From Lama guanicoe (taxonomy: Eukaryota): a DNA stretch of 64,000 bases. Shown one piece after another: positions 1 to 13,118 of the stretch; the stretch's first letter is position 1; the number at the start of each line of letters is the position of its first letter. A program made the position numbers and the translations under genes. A model generated the notes under the pieces. It did not search any database, was not told the DNA's origin, and saw only the letters and a list, made by a program, of their open reading frames with translations. The stretch is taken from NCBI GenBank assembly GCA_013239625.1, contig MU053994.1, forward strand, positions 1,367,775 to 1,431,774. Reading direction: 5' to 3'.

Positions 1-480
1 TTAAACATTTCTCAGGGGTTGATGCTCAGGATTCTGTCCTGGGCCTTCTTTCCTCATCTCTGGTGGTCTCATCTATTTCTGGGATTTCAACCACTATCCT
101 ATATTCTCGTGTGTGCCAGTCTTCACCTCCTGTCCAGATCTCTCTCCTGAGTTTCAGACCCTCTGTCCACCTGGAGTCGCACGGCCAAATGCAGCATCTT
201 GAAAGTGTGCTTATCCCCTGCCTCTGGAGACCTGCTCTCGGCCTTTGTCTCTGATAGCAGTGAATTGCTCCACTGTCCTCCAGCCTGACACCTGCACACT
301 GTCCTCGCCTGCACCCTCCTCCTTCCTCTCCATAGCCAGTCACTCACCGAATCTGTCAAGTCTGCCTACAAAATGTCTCCAGCTGCATGACCTCTCCCCA
401 CTTCCCTTCTCATTCTCTCAGCCCAGCTCTGTGCAGGCCCTCTTTTACCTCCAGGTCTGAAATCACTCCCTGTGTGACTT
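1..480 (+). mobile_element. LINE-2 (L2) ORF2/3' region remnant
   Basis: Degenerate L2 motifs in consensus order (ctcaggattctgtcctgggccttct..., tctcatctatttctgggatttcaaccactatcctata, ccagatctctctcctgagtttcagacc). Confidence 0.7.
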
Positions 481-1149
481 CCTTTCTTGGTAGTGCTTGG
501 CTCTTCTCTGGCTCACCACCATTGCCCTTTGCTGGCTTACCCCTCGCCCTTCAAGCCTCGCTCAGATGGCATCTCCTCTGGGCAGCCAGACTGCAGTAGG
601 CGTCCTGTTACCCCTGTACTGCTACTGCCCGTTGATTTGTCTGTGTCCCACTCCAGCCTTGTGTGCTGAGTCTAACTTATTCACAATTGTCCCTGCTCTC
701 CTAGGGGCACAGAATGAACAAGCTACAGGTGCTATTTCCCAGTGGACCTTTAAATCAGGTCTAGGGTGGTCTGGGGCTTAGAGCCAGACGGGTTCACGTG
801 GAGACCCTCTGTGTGGGGCCAGCAGCAGATGTTTTACTCGGTAGGCTTTCTCTCTATGCTCTGTCTGGCATCAGTGCAGGAAGGAAAGAAGACCTAGTAG
901 GAACTCCAGAGACACCAGCATGCTCCCTTCGTCTGGGCAGGTGGTGCTCGCAGGCTGGTGGACTACACATCAGCTCGCATTACTTAGCATATTATAACTG
1001 AACACGCATTGATGAGAAACGGTCCTATTTGGCTCAGTAATCTTCAGCCCATGAGCAAAGTGAGAAAATGGCTCCCGTTTCCAAACCCTTGTCTATGATG
1101 CCTGGAACCCCCATCTTCCATCGTGTCCCTTTGTCAGCAGGTCCCACAG

Positions 1150-1306
1150 CCCTAGTATGACATTTGTCACACTGGTTTGTAATTATGTCTTTACATCTCT
1201 TACCTTGAGAGCTTGGCAGGGACCAGATTTTACTGATCTCTCGAGTCTCAGCTGGTGGCATGGAAGCTGGCACAGACTAGAGGACCACAGAGTTTGCTGA
1301 AGGAAT
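1150..1306 (+). mobile_element. L2 3' terminal fragment
   Basis: gagagcttggcagggacc...ctggcacagactagagg...gtttgctgaaggaat resembles the L2 tail (ctggcacatagtagg...ttgttgaatgaat). Confidence 0.6.
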
Positions 1307-1893
1307 ATCCCAGGTATATACCATTTAGTTCTGAGAGAGAAGCCAGGAGTGGTAGGGACGAATTACTGCCAGAGCCCCATTCTCATTCCAGGACGTTTGT
1401 CCTGTACTCTCTCAGCATTATTTGGAAGAAAGATTCCACAAGCTCCTTTCAAGGGTACTGGCACCACCAGTTAGGTAACAGCAGGTCATAATGCAATGTT
1501 ACTGGGTCAAAGTGTGATGCGAGGGCCTCTCTGAAACACTCAGCAAAGAGGAAGTAATGCCAGAGGAGATGGGGTGGATGCCCCTGGACCAGGGCCAGAG
1601 CTTTCAGAGCCTGTGCTTCGAGGATTCTGTCTAGGTGTTTCTGCCTCTGTGAGTTTTACAAACCTGTGTGTCCTGTCAGGAAAGGAACTCAAGTGCTGGG
1701 CCTTCCACCCTCTTCACAGTATTGGGGCAGATGTAAACCTGGACCCAACGGATTGCCCTTTCGCTTTGCCAGAAGGTCACTGCACAAGTTATGGGAATTC
1801 AGGAAGGAAACTGTTCCCAAACATGCCCCACTCACCGAGCCACAATTCCTTTACTCAGGGCCACAGCCTTTCTTGCCCCCTAAAGAAATGAGA

Positions 1894-2235
1894 CGTCTTA
1901 GGTTGGGTTTCCTGGGAAAGATGCTTTGAGTCAGAGATAGGTGCACAGAGAGTTTATCAGTAGTATCCTCGGGAGCAACATCTATTAGGGAGGTAGGGAA
2001 GCAGGATGAGGCAGAGGAAGAAATCATAATGTGGTGTTGTTGCTACAGAGTCCTCAGCTCATCCCTCAAGAGCTCCAGAGCTGGGGTGGTCTTGCAAAAT
2101 TATCCCAAACTGCAGCAAAGGGGCTGAACTTGTATACTGCCTCCCTTCTTCACCCTGGAAGTGGGTGTGACTTTGGACAAAGGCTCCCATCAGCTGAGAA
2201 AAGCAACAAACTGCTTTCAGTGGATACCAAGGATG
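1894..2235 (-). mobile_element. ERVL LTR (LTR16/LTR33-type), solo LTR remnant
   Basis: Begins gtcttaggttgggtttcctgggaaag...tgagtcagagataggtgcacagagagtttat, the reverse complement of the typical LTR16/33 3' end. Confidence 0.65.
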
Positions 2236-2407
2236 GTTACCAGGGCCTTTTCTGATAAAGTTGGCAACCTAATGTTGGCAACCTAATTCAGTGTTTAGGA
2301 GAAAAAAGGCAATATTTTGCCACATCTATGTTTGCTGCAAGGGACACACAGAGAAAAATCGGCTCTTTGTTAATTTGAGATAAGATATAAATTATTATCT
2401 GAATTAC

Positions 2408-2750
2408 AGAGGCTCAGAGCTGGAAGGCATAATTCAACCCACTCATCTTACAGGTGAGGAAACAGGCTCAGGGAGCAGAATTGACTTGCCCAAGATCACC
2501 CAGCTTATTAATGTCAAAATCAAAAACTGGGAACCATATTCAATAGCTTGTAATAAGCTATAATGAAAAAGAATATGAAAAAGCATGTATATGTATAACT
2601 GAGTCACTGTGCTGTACACTAGAAACTAACACAATATTGCAAATCAACTAGACTTCGATTAAAAAAAGACTGAATAAATATTCAACAAATAGAAAAAAAA
2701 AATTAGGCCCAAGGTCCCTGACTTGCGGTTCAGCCCTCATTCATAACTTC
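2408..2750 (-). mobile_element. MIR SINE interrupted by an L1 3' end
   Basis: MIR core on the minus strand (ttacaggtgaggaaacaggctcag...gacttgcccaagatcacccagc) resumes after the L1 tail at about 2704 (ggcccaaggtccctgact). Confidence 0.7.
2528..2702 (+). mobile_element. 5'-truncated L1 3' end (artiodactyl/camelid type) with A-rich tail
   Basis: gggaaccatattcaatagcttgtaata...gtataactgagtcactgtgctgtacactagaaactaacaca...aaatcaactagacttcgattaaaaaaa. Confidence 0.85.
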
Positions 2751-3989
2751 AGCTTCAGCTTCTATAATCTTTACTCAGCTGCCTGTCTTCTTAAAGGCAA
2801 CCCCAAACTCCGGCGGAGTCTGAATTTTCTAAGCCTGTTTTGTCTAAGGCGGCCCTCTCTCTTGGAAGCTCTTATTCTTTGCGGAGTTCTGTGGCTGCTG
2901 CTGCTGCTCCTGCCAGCGGAAGGCCAGCCAGCCAGTGAGGCCTTGGAGACATTTGCATTTGGGTGAAAGGGGCTGATGGTCTTGGACTCACAGCTGAAGG
3001 TTTTCTGGGGTGGAAATTAAAGTGGCAGCAGGAAGCAGAATGCGACCTAATTAGCAGTTTGGTCTCTGAGGCTGACCTCCTTTCGGGAAAGCTGGCACTC
3101 AGAGGAGCATAAAGCAGCTGTCGCCTCTTCCCTGCCTGGCCAGGTGGGCTCAGAGCAGTGCCAGCCCAGCCGTCACCCCAGGCCAGTTGCTCTCCTGGAA
3201 AGAAGTCTCACCTCACCCCCTCCCCCTGCCCCAGAGCTCTCCATCTAGGGCTCCAAAGGATTGTGCAAACAGGCAGCAATCCCAGCATGAAACCCTTAAA
3301 AAGGAGGGAAGGGAGAGAGAGAGAAGACAAAAGCCTTTCTCATCCCTGGGGTGGAGGGAGGAGGCAGGAGGACTTGAATAGAGCCCAGGAGGCGAAGTGG
3401 GGGTGGGAGGCCGGGAGGGAAGCAGAGGGCGGCACTCCGGGCAGTAGATGTGTTCACCAGCGTCTCGCACCTGTTGTCATCTGCTGTGACCACACGTGCA
3501 GGCGACCCCAGGAGCTCCAGCTAAACAGGCAAGGAGTGTAATTAATCCATTGTTTAGCATTATTGGAGCTCACTGCTGTGCGGATCCTTCCTGGCAGTTC
3601 TCCCAGCCGATCACGGGAGGTTCGGCAGCCTGATGGTGGCAGTGGAAGCAGCAGCTCAGTGAGCAGGAAGGGAGTTGGAAGGACTGAGATGTCAGGTCTG
3701 GGGAAAGGGGCTTATAGCTGGGGGTGAGGGGAGGACAATGCCAGGCTCTCCTCCTTACACTGGTGCTTCCCACTGCTAGGAAGTAATCCATCTGTTTGGC
3801 TCCTGCTAAGAAAGCGCGTTTTCCACCTTGGTCCTCAGAGGCTGGCTGAGCTGTGGGTGCAATGTGGATGAGGTTTGCCCAGAGGCTGGGGCTGCTTCCT
3901 ACTGCCTGGTATGGGGTCAGCAGCTTTCTCCTGGCATAAATGTCCCAGCAAGATCCATGGCAAGATCTTAGTGGCCTCCCCAGGAGTAA

Positions 3990-4225
3990 GAGCCAACACT
4001 TTGACAGCTCTTACTAAATGCCAGGCATTGTTCTAAGCCCTGGACATGTATTATCTTATTGAATCCTCACGACAACCCTACGAGATAGGTGTCCTCATCA
4101 TCCACATTTTACAGATGGGGTTAGGGAGGCACAGAGAGGCTCAGTAACTTATGCCAAAGCAGCACAGCTAATAAGAGGGAGATGTGGGATTCAAATACAG
4201 AGCCTGTGCATCCAACCTCTGTATG
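3990..4225 (-). mobile_element. MIR SINE
   Basis: gaatcctcacgacaaccctacgagatagg...cattttacagatggg...gaggcacagagagg...taacttatgccaaag. Confidence 0.85.
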
Positions 4226-4454
4226 TACAGCCTGTTCCTGGGGTCGTGGTGCTCAGCTCGTATGCCTGGAGCTGGTGGGGCAGAAAGAATTGTTCTTGGC
4301 ATCTCAGTCTCCACATCCACCTGCCAGGGGACATTTCCATTTCTGCCCTGTGGATTCAAGTCATCCATAGAGGAGCCTGGGAGCCTGAATTTGTAATAAG
4401 TACTTGGCATACCGTCTGTTTCGGAGATCCTGGAGATAGGGGGGTACTTCAGCT

Positions 4455-4560
4455 CAGTGGTTCTCAAACGTAGCTGTGAAGAACAAATACACACTGTTAT
4501 TAACAGTTCCTGACCCCTCAAGCCCCTAGATTTCTGATTTTGGACCCGCTGGTTGGGGTT
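4455..4560. mobile_element. MER5-type hAT-Charlie MITE fragment
   Basis: TIR-like cagtggttctcaaac followed by ccctagatttctgatt. Confidence 0.5.
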
Positions 4561-5464
4561 CACCCCCCCCCCCACTTTACCGGCTAAACTACAACTGTGA
4601 AATCTATGTACTTCTTTGCTCCATGCTCGTTCATGCGGCCAGGAGGGCCAGAGCAGCCCTGTCCATCTGCCCTGCAGGGCTCACCAAATCTCAGAGGTGC
4701 AGAGCGAAGGAGAGCGCACGGCAAGACTGGCTGAGGAGCCATGAAGAACTCCAGCAACTGCCGCTCCTTACTTGGATGGTTATTGGGTTGCCAGGGCTGG
4801 GCCTGCTGGCTCCCTGCTTAACAGCATGCAGCCACCCTGGTCAAGACAGCAAGGGAGGCTTTTTGCTTCATTGGACCCACGTTGACTGTGGACAGTGCTG
4901 TCTTTCTCTCCCAATCCCAATGCTCTGGGAGAAGAAAGCGCATTCCCAGAACTTGACATCATCCAAGAATAAAAAAGACCACCCAAGCTTAAAAACATGT
5001 ATTTGCAAAGCTGAACCTATTTGCTAGGCAAGGCAGCACAGGCTGATGAGTGGTTCTCTGACTTAAGTAGTAGAAGGAGAAGTCCTCAGTGGTTATGCTA
5101 ATTAAGGATCAGAAGCTAGCCCTTGGGATGGGATGGGAGAGCCCAAAGCTCTGGGCACCATTGGTTAAAACAAGTCCCGTTGTTCCTTGGTTGGCAAAGT
5201 GTCTTCAGGTGGGTCCAGTGAGGGGCTGGCATTGCACAGTGTTCAGTTTTGATCCCTTGCAGGCAAGTGCAGTTATCAATGAAAAATTGTCCTTTTATAT
5301 ACCTTGTTGGGGTTGTGACTGCCACAGACCTGGAATGACTCAAATCTGTTCCCTGAGATCACTTTGAGCCCCTTCAGGGCTGGATTGGCCACCAGCAGCC
5401 CATCAGGAGAAAGGGCAGCTGCTCACAGGTTACCTAATGGCCCAGGTTGGTGATCCTTCCCTAG

Positions 5465-5620
5465 CCAGGCAGAACAAAGCAGGCAAGGGGTCTAGGAGGC
5501 AAAATTTAAGGAGGCATGGACTCTCATGGTAGGCAGTCTCATAGTGCAAGTACAGAGTCAACCCTTCAGAGGAAGTGCCTCTTTAAATTTTGTGCTGGCC
5601 TCAGCCTAGTCCCACTGCCT
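5465..5620. mobile_element. Palindromic hAT MITE (MER96-like)
   Basis: Inverted arms caaaatttaaggaggca (about 5500) and tgcctctttaaattttg (about 5576); the end gcctcagcctagtccc resembles the MER96 terminus. Confidence 0.6.
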
Positions 5621-7947
5621 TCCAAGCTATAAGGGAGGACATATTCAGTGTGTTGGTCTCCATAGAGAACATTCTCTCTGGATGAACTATGATTTCATTC
5701 CCTCCAGATACAGGCTATTTCCAGTTGTTCTTGTTTCCCCTACGGTAGAAATGGATAGGGTGTGTTTCCTGGGACCGGGAAGGGAGGCTAAGAGGGAATG
5801 ACTCTCAGGGCGTGTCAGCTTTGGCTCAGGATCTAACTAGTTCCACGGATTTTACTTCTATGGCCAGATCACAGTGGCGCAGGCCGTCTGTCCCACTTCG
5901 GGGCTGTACTCAGCATTCTCTTGTGTTCCCTCAGGCCAGAGACATTTTTCCAGGAGCTATTTATTTGACGTTTCAGGCCACATGGAAATTCCTCCTATCA
6001 GATCGTAGTTATGGGATTCTTTTCTCCTGGCCATTCATAAAACAGCACCAGCAGAATAAGTGTAGGAAAATAGTTTCTGATTCCAGTTTCCTCAGTGTGA
6101 CTCCTCCTACAGTTTCTTGAAAAGCCCTTAAGTCCAATCCCAGGTATACGATTCACAAAGAAACATGGACCTCTGGGGGTTTCCACAGGCAGGTGAATCA
6201 TGCACGCCCCCGACTCTGGGTTGGAGTGGGCTTCGACTGTCCTGAGCAGAAAAAACTCTGTTCTATTTTTAATGATCTGTCATAAAGGCATGCTGTAGGC
6301 TACGACAATCCTGATTTCAGTGGTTAAGCGCCCCCATCATTTTGAGCCAAGGCTGACTCATGATAGCAACTACATCCCTGGAGGAAGTAGTCCTTTGTGT
6401 GTAATTACAGTTTTCCATTAGTAGACCTCATCTGGTGGCCATTTTCAGCTGTTTCTTCTTATTCTGTCCTTCAAAGACACAGAGAGCAGCCAACTGCCAA
6501 CTGCTCAGTAATCATCCTTCATGTGGGGCATTAGAAAGATGCATAGGAAAGTGCAGGGTTAATGGGAGAGCCTCACTTCAGTTCATCTGTGCAGGGATCT
6601 CAGAAAGTTTTGCTGTTGGATTATTTTCCTGAACGTCAGCTATGCATAATGAAGTCAGTTCAGGATGGGCTTTAAGCCCAAATTTACTTGCTTTGGGATT
6701 CGTCACTCAGGCTCCTATATTAAATTCACCTTGGGGTCTATGGTAAATTTTATGAAATGTTACTTTCGTCTTTATGGCTAGCATAAACATTTATTATACA
6801 TCCTGTGATATATGTTTCCAGGAAGTAAGGAAATGCTTTTCTGGAAGGATAGGATTCCCAACTGATTTGAAATATAGACAAATAGCATGTTTTAGAAAGG
6901 GGCTGGGACTTTAATGGAAAAAAAATAGTTACCAGATTTTTTTCTTGTCTTTCTCTGCCTTCTCTTCTGGTACCAGTTAAGGGAACATTTCTCAGCCCTT
7001 ATCCCCATGCACACAAAAGATGATACCTGATCTGAAATGCTGTCAAATCCTGCTTCGTTAAAGCCCACAAAAGCTAATGCACAGAGCTCCCCTCACACTG
7101 CCCTAAAATGGGAAAAAAGAGGCAGAATAATGTCAAAATAGAACACAAAGGAAAAGAGTTTGTCCTCTGGGCCTGGGAGATGAAAGATATGAGGGATCAT
7201 CTGTGAACGTTGGGTTGGACCAAATTTTCTAGGGCTTGTTTTGTGGATGATGGGGGATTGTCAGACTGGGCACCTTGTGTAAACACAGCAAGAAGGCAGG
7301 GAAGGGCCTCCAGCAAGGGCCCAGTCAGAGCATCCAGATTTCCACTCACTTACTGTGCAGTAGGATGCTCCCGAGAAGAAGAAAGACGTCTGGGGACATG
7401 AACTTGGTTGGGGGACCCAGGAAACCAATTTTTTTGAGAGTTTGCTAGATTCTTAAAGGGAAGTGACTGTAAGAAAAAGCAAGTCATAAAAAAAAAGCTC
7501 TCTTGCTACTGGTAGCATAATCAACCATGAAGACCAAGACATCTGGCTTTGTGGCTTGTTAATAGAGTTCAGTAAATCATAAACAGGGTGAATGTATTCC
7601 ACCAGGTCAGAATATGACCCCGGAAAGGTAAGGGGGCAAATTCAGAGTAATCTAGTTGACACCACCAAGAAGTGGCAGAGCTAGGATTTTAAATCTGGCA
7701 TTAGGGAATGCAGTTATGTGATACTGTCAGTAAGAGCAGTGGCTTAGCCCAGACTCTTCCCACCATCCCACACTGCCTCTTCACTCAGACTCCTGGCCTC
7801 CCCTTCACCTTCCTTCCTCCTTCAGTAGTCTGCCATCCACAGCTAAAAGCCTGTTCTGGGGATGCTATCTCTGGGCCCTGTGAGGAAAGAAACAGTGAGG
7901 GCCGGACAGCCACTGGGGTCATACCTGCTTTGGTTGGCAAGCGAGGC

Positions 7948-8432
7948 TGTGTCTTACTTGCGTTACCCAAAGAAGAGCCTGAAACAAGTCATTGAGAACA
8001 GGTAGTTTGGTTGGGAAGTGATCCCAAAGAGGAGTGTGGAATGGGGAGTGTGAGCCAGAGGTGGAGAGAAAGCCGATATAAGGGTAAGGGTGCATTTATC
8101 AGGGGTCAGTTCTGCCAGGACCTCCTAAAAAGCATACAGGATCCTGAAAAATGTCCATCTGAAACATGGGAGGCGGGAACATTAATTCACTGGCTCCCAT
8201 CCACCATTGGTTGAGGGCTGCCTCTGTGTGTGTTGACATTCCTGAGCTTCTGAGCTGGGCATGCAGTGTCCTGAGCCTCCTAAGTGCCCTGGGGCAGAGA
8301 GCAAAGACGCGGTGCTCACTCTCGGTGAGGAATGTGAACCTAAGCTTGCACAGAACTGTCCACCCCAGCCACTGCTGGAATCGGATGTATGACCACTAGA
8401 CTGTGTGGATGGGCACCAGATGCATCTGCCAC
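7948..8432 (-). mobile_element. ERVL LTR (LTR16/LTR33-type)
   Basis: tgtgtcttacttgcgttacccaaagaagagcctgaaacaagtcattgagaacaggtagtttggttgggaagtgatccc...; ends gggcaccagatgcatctgccaca. Confidence 0.7.
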
Positions 8433-9254
8433 AGGATGTAAGCCTGCCAAGGGGTGAGAGAACAAGGAGATAATGTACTGCTACAGGGGAGCCCCAAAAT
8501 GAAGGGACCTTGGACAAAAAAGTCTTCTCAGGAAATAAGCTGATCTGGGATGATTCAAACTGACAGAAGTAAGGAGGCTTGAAAGAAGAGTTGGGGAGGA
8601 TGACTGGGAGTTTGGTGGGGGATACTGTCAGAGAAAAGGGCAGAAGTCCTTCTGGATACCCAGCATCCTGTGCATCAGAATGCACTTGAGTCCTGACCTC
8701 ACAGAGTCCTCAGCATGAGGTCATAGAGGAGGTGAGACCATACCATAATGAGATTTTCTGGTTCCAATCGTAATAAACCTCTGTGGGTCAGGACCAGGAT
8801 GGCCTTCATAGTATTGATTTTGGTGCTACAGCAGGGTCATGCCTTTGTTGGGGGTATTTTGAAAACTTGGGAGTGCAAGGGATGGGGTGTTGGGAAACAG
8901 AGAAGGCTTGAGAGGGAATCTCAATTAGACTCTTGGAGCTGTTTGCCCTACAAAGCCAGAGTCGAGACATTGTCACTCCTACCTGCAGCAAAGCACCTTG
9001 GGAGCAGTTGAGGGTCTCTGAGGCACTGCAAACCCAAACTTGTAAAGAGAAAAGAAACCTCTCTGTGCATCTATATTCTAAATACTTCTAGAGAGTGTCT
9101 GAAGATTATAGGCCTCAGAGATGAGTAAGATAGTCTGTTGGATTGAGCTAATTAAGTATATGAAAGGATCATAAAAGATACATAGAAAAAAGACCTATTA
9201 AGTCATTCATCAGCAGTGCACTTGTGCTTCCAAATACCACAGTCTTGGAAGTTA

Positions 9255-9768
9255 TAGCAGCCATATATTATTGGCCTTCTCAGTGTCCCCTCCTCTGGAG
9301 AACTGACTCACCTCCATTCTGTATGGTTCTGGTAGGATACTGATCACAGTGCATTGTTCCCTGCCCACCTCCACCACCACCTACCCCAGCCACAAAAGGG
9401 TCCTGGAAGGACTGTATAATCAAATACCTCCATTCCTCTGGTTATAGTGATTCATTCAAGGATCGGTATGTGAATTAAATGGGAATAATCAAAGTCTTCA
9501 CTGAAATTTGATATATGGATGCTGGCAGAGTGAAGATCTCTCATCTTTTTGATGGTGGATCTTCTTGAAAATAAAGTAGCACTCAGAAGGAAGGAAAGTT
9601 GAAAGATAGACAGACTGAAAGATACTATTGAGTCCTTGGATACAACTGTCTGATGCCAGAAGTACCCTCCAACTTGCCAGTTATGTGAACAAGTAAATTC
9701 CCTTTTTGATTAAGATAGTCTGATTTGAATTTATATCATTTGCAATGGAGAAATGTCTGGCTAATATA
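9255..9768 (+). mobile_element. MaLR LTR (MLT1J/K/L-type)
   Basis: 3' end ccagttatgtgaacaagtaaattccctttttgattaag...tcatttgcaatggagaaatgtctggctaata matches old MLT1 termini. Confidence 0.75.
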
Positions 9769-9803
9769 GTATTTACTGAGTATATAATATGGTCTACACT
9801 AGG

Positions 9804-10275
9804 TGTAATGGGTTAAATGTGGGCCCCCAAAAGATATGCCCATATCTCAGAAGCTAAGAATGTTACTTATTTGGATCAAGGGTCTTTGCAGACATAATTA
9901 TGTTAAGAATCTCAAGATGAGATTGCCTGGATTATTGAGATGGACTCTAAATCTAATGATGAGTGCCCTTATAAGAAACACACAGATTAGAGACACATAG
10001 ACATAAGAGGAGAAGACACAGATACACAGAGGAGAAAACCGTATGAAGACGGAGGCAGAGACTGGAGCGATGTAGCCACAAAGAATGCTGACAGCCACCA
10101 AACTCTGGGAGAAGCAAGGAAGGATTGTCCCCTGGAGCCTCCAGAGGGAGTACAGACCTGCTGACACCTTGCTCTCAGACTTCCAGGCTCAAGAACTGTC
10201 AGAGAATAAATTTCTTTTATTTTAAGCCACTTAGTTAGTGGTAATTTGTTATGGCAGCCCTAGGGAACTAATACA
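9804..10275 (+). mobile_element. MaLR solo LTR (MLT1B/C-type), full length
   Basis: TG...CA termini (tgtaatgggttaaatg...ggaactaataca), internal AATAAA, near-perfect 5-bp TSD ctagg/cttgg. Confidence 0.9.
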
Positions 10276-10469
10276 CTTGGTGCTTGACAATAATTCAGAT
10301 TTGAAAAGAGAGAATCATTGCTCTGGAGATACTGGCATACAAATTATTATTTATTATTTATTTTAAATAAGTATGATACATAATTAATTTAATGGAGGTG
10401 TGTGCAAAGTGGAGTGAGAGCAAAGAAGAATGGCTCATACGGTGGAGTACCATTGTAGTTGCAGAACTG

Positions 10470-10712
10470 TATAATAGTTAAGAGAATGACTTGTGTTGAA
10501 ATGCTGGCTCACTACTTATTCCACCATATGTAGCTGTGCATCCTTGGGTAAGTTGCTTAACCTTTCTGGGCCTCAGTTTCCCAATCTGTAAAACAGGAAT
10601 GGCAATAATAATACCTCCTTCATAGGGTCTTTTTGAGAGTTAAATGAGATAATATATGTCAAGTGCTTAGACTAGAAACTAGCACATGGTAGGTACTCGG
10701 TAAATGTTATTC
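10470..10712 (+). mobile_element. MIR SINE
   Basis: tagctgtgcatccttgggtaagttgcttaacctttctgggcctcagtttcccaatctgtaaaa...gagttaaatgagataatatatg. Confidence 0.9.
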
Positions 10713-10759
10713 TGGAAGAACTGCCCTGTAATGAGATATTCTATGTCAGAACATCCTTA

Positions 10760-11899
10760 CTAGTGTGCTTCAGATGAATTATGGTTAGGTCTGGCTGGAG
10801 GACTGAAAAGGAGTGCCCAAGGGAAGTGAGAAAAAACTGGGGAGATCACAGAGAAAGAAGAGCTTGTGAAAGTGACCCGATAAAGTTTTCTATGAATTTC
10901 TGGTATCATTCCAAACCTGTGCATGCATGGACGTGATCCTAAACATCATACCAAGGATTTTGAGAACTGAACAAAGAGGTAGAACAATGTAGAGGTCAAA
11001 GACTGGCCACTGGGTTGTGCACTCATGAGACAGATCCAAATTGTATTGCAAAGGCTTTGAAAACAGAACTGATGTTGACAGCACAACTCACAGAAAGCTG
11101 GTCAGAATTTGCAGCCTGAATGTAACTAGGTTGATTGTCTGCTAAAGCAAAAATTAGCAACATTCTCCATAAGATTTAAAGACCCAGAATCTAATAACAT
11201 AATATTTAAAATATCTTGGATACAATGAAAAATTACTCAGTATACAAAGAACCAGGATATAAGGGTAAGATGACACAAATGCTGGAACTGTCAAACCAAG
11301 ATTTTTAAATCAGCTATTGTAAAAATACTCCATGAAATTCGGATGAATACCCTTAGAATGAATGAAAAGATAGAAAGTCTTCAATAAGAAAAGAAAGCCT
11401 CAACAACAACAAATAGAAGATATAAAGAAAACTAGTGGAAATTGTAGAATAGAAACTATAATAACTCAAATTAAAAAAAAAACCCACACTGGATAGGCTC
11501 AGTAATAGAATTAGATGATAGAAGAAATGATCAACATAAGTTAACCAATTTGAATAATAGGAAAAAAGATTGAAAAAAATAAACAGAGGCTCAGGAACCT
11601 CTGGGACAATACCAAAAGGCCTAATAACTGTGTCATCAAAGTCCAAGAAGAAGAAGAGAAAGAACTCTATGTTGAAAAACAATTTGAAGAAATAATGGTT
11701 GAAAAATTCCCCAGTTTGGTAAAATAGATAAATCTTTAGATTCAAGAGGATAAGTAAACTCCAAATAAGATAAACTAAAAAAAAATTCATAACCAGGCAC
11801 AGCATCATCAAACTACTAAAAACTAAAAACAAAGAAAAAAATCTCAAAATCAGCTGAAGAAAAATAATGCTTTATTTATAAGAGAACAGTTGTTTCAAT
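10760..11899 (+). mobile_element. Old L1M 5'UTR/ORF1 remnant
   Basis: A-rich ORF1-like sequence (cagaggctcaggaacctctgggacaataccaaaagg, tttgaagaaataatggttgaaaaattccccagtttgg); frameshifted. Confidence 0.8.
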
Positions 11900-13118
11900 G
11901 GCAAAACATTATCTCACATACATCTCAGCAATGTTCTCCTAGGACAGTCTACCCAAGCAATAGGAAAAAAAGCAAGAATAAACAAATGGGACCTAATTAA
12001 ACTTACAAGCTTCTGCACAGCAAAGGAAACCATAAGTAAAACAAAACGACAACCTATGGAATGGGAGAAAATTTTTGCAAATGATGAAACCCACAAAGGC
12101 TTGATCTCCAGAATATATAAGCAGCTCATACAACATAATAAGAAAAAAAACAACCCAATCCAAAAAATGGGCAGAAGACCTAAACAAGCAATTCTCCAAG
12201 GAAGACATACAAATGATCAATAGGCACATGAAAAAGTGCTCAATATCACTAATTATCAGAGAAATGCAAATCAAAACTACAATGAGGTATCACCTCACAC
12301 CAGTCAGAATGGCCGTCATTCAAAAATCCAAAAATGACAAACGCTATGACAAATGGGAAAGGCTGTGGAGAAAAAGGAACTATTGGTGGGAATGCAGTTT
12401 GGTGCAGCCACTGTGGAAAACAGTACGGAGATTCCTCAAAAGACTAGGAATAGACTTACCAGATGACCCAGAAATCCTGCTCCTGGGCATCTATCCAGAA
12501 GGAACTCTACTTCAAAAAGACACCTGCACCCCCATGTTCATAGCAGCACTATTTACAATAGCCAAGACATGGAAACAGACTAAATGTCCATCAACAGATG
12601 ACTGGATAAAGAAGACATGGTATATTTATACAATGGAATACTATTCATCCTTAAAAATGACAACATAACGCCATTTGCAGCAACATGGATGTCCCTGGAG
12701 AATGTCATTCTAAGTGAAGTAAGCCAGAAAGAGAAAGAAAAATACCATATGAGATCGCTCATATGTGAAATCTGAAAAACAAAAACAAACAAACAAACAA
12801 ACAAAAAAGCGTAAATACAGGACAGAAATAGACTCATAGACATAGAATACAGACTTGTGGTTGCCAGGAGGGCGGAGGGTGGGAAGGGATAGACTGGGAT
12901 TTCAAAATTGTAGAATAGATAAACAAGATTATACTGTATAGCACAGGGAAATATACACAAGATCTTATGGTAGCTCACAGAGAAAAAAATGTGACAATGA
13001 ATATATATATGTTCATGTATAACTGAAAAATTGTGCTCTACACTGGAATTTGACACAACATTGTAAAATGACTATAACTCAATTAAAAAAAGTTTAAAAA
13101 AATAAAAGTAAATAAAAT
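11900..13118 (+). mobile_element. Younger camelid-type L1 (L1_Vpa-like), 5'-truncated: ORF2 C-terminus, 3'UTR and A-tail
   Basis: ORF 12213-12668 translates to the L1 ORF2p C-terminal region ([45 protein letters not shown]). The 3'UTR ends ...ctggaatttgacacaacattgtaaaatgactataactcaattaaaaaaa. Confidence 0.95.

Noticed and set aside
8182..8685. 167-aa minus-strand ORF
   Set aside because: It overlaps an LTR remnant, and has no domain similarity or splice context that I can recognise.
12213..12668. 151-aa ORF as a host gene
   Set aside because: It is a damaged L1 ORF2p C-terminus in a 5'-truncated copy.
11353..13056. Hydrophobic Phe/Leu-rich minus-strand ORFs resembling membrane proteins
   Set aside because: They are antisense translations of A-rich L1 sequence.
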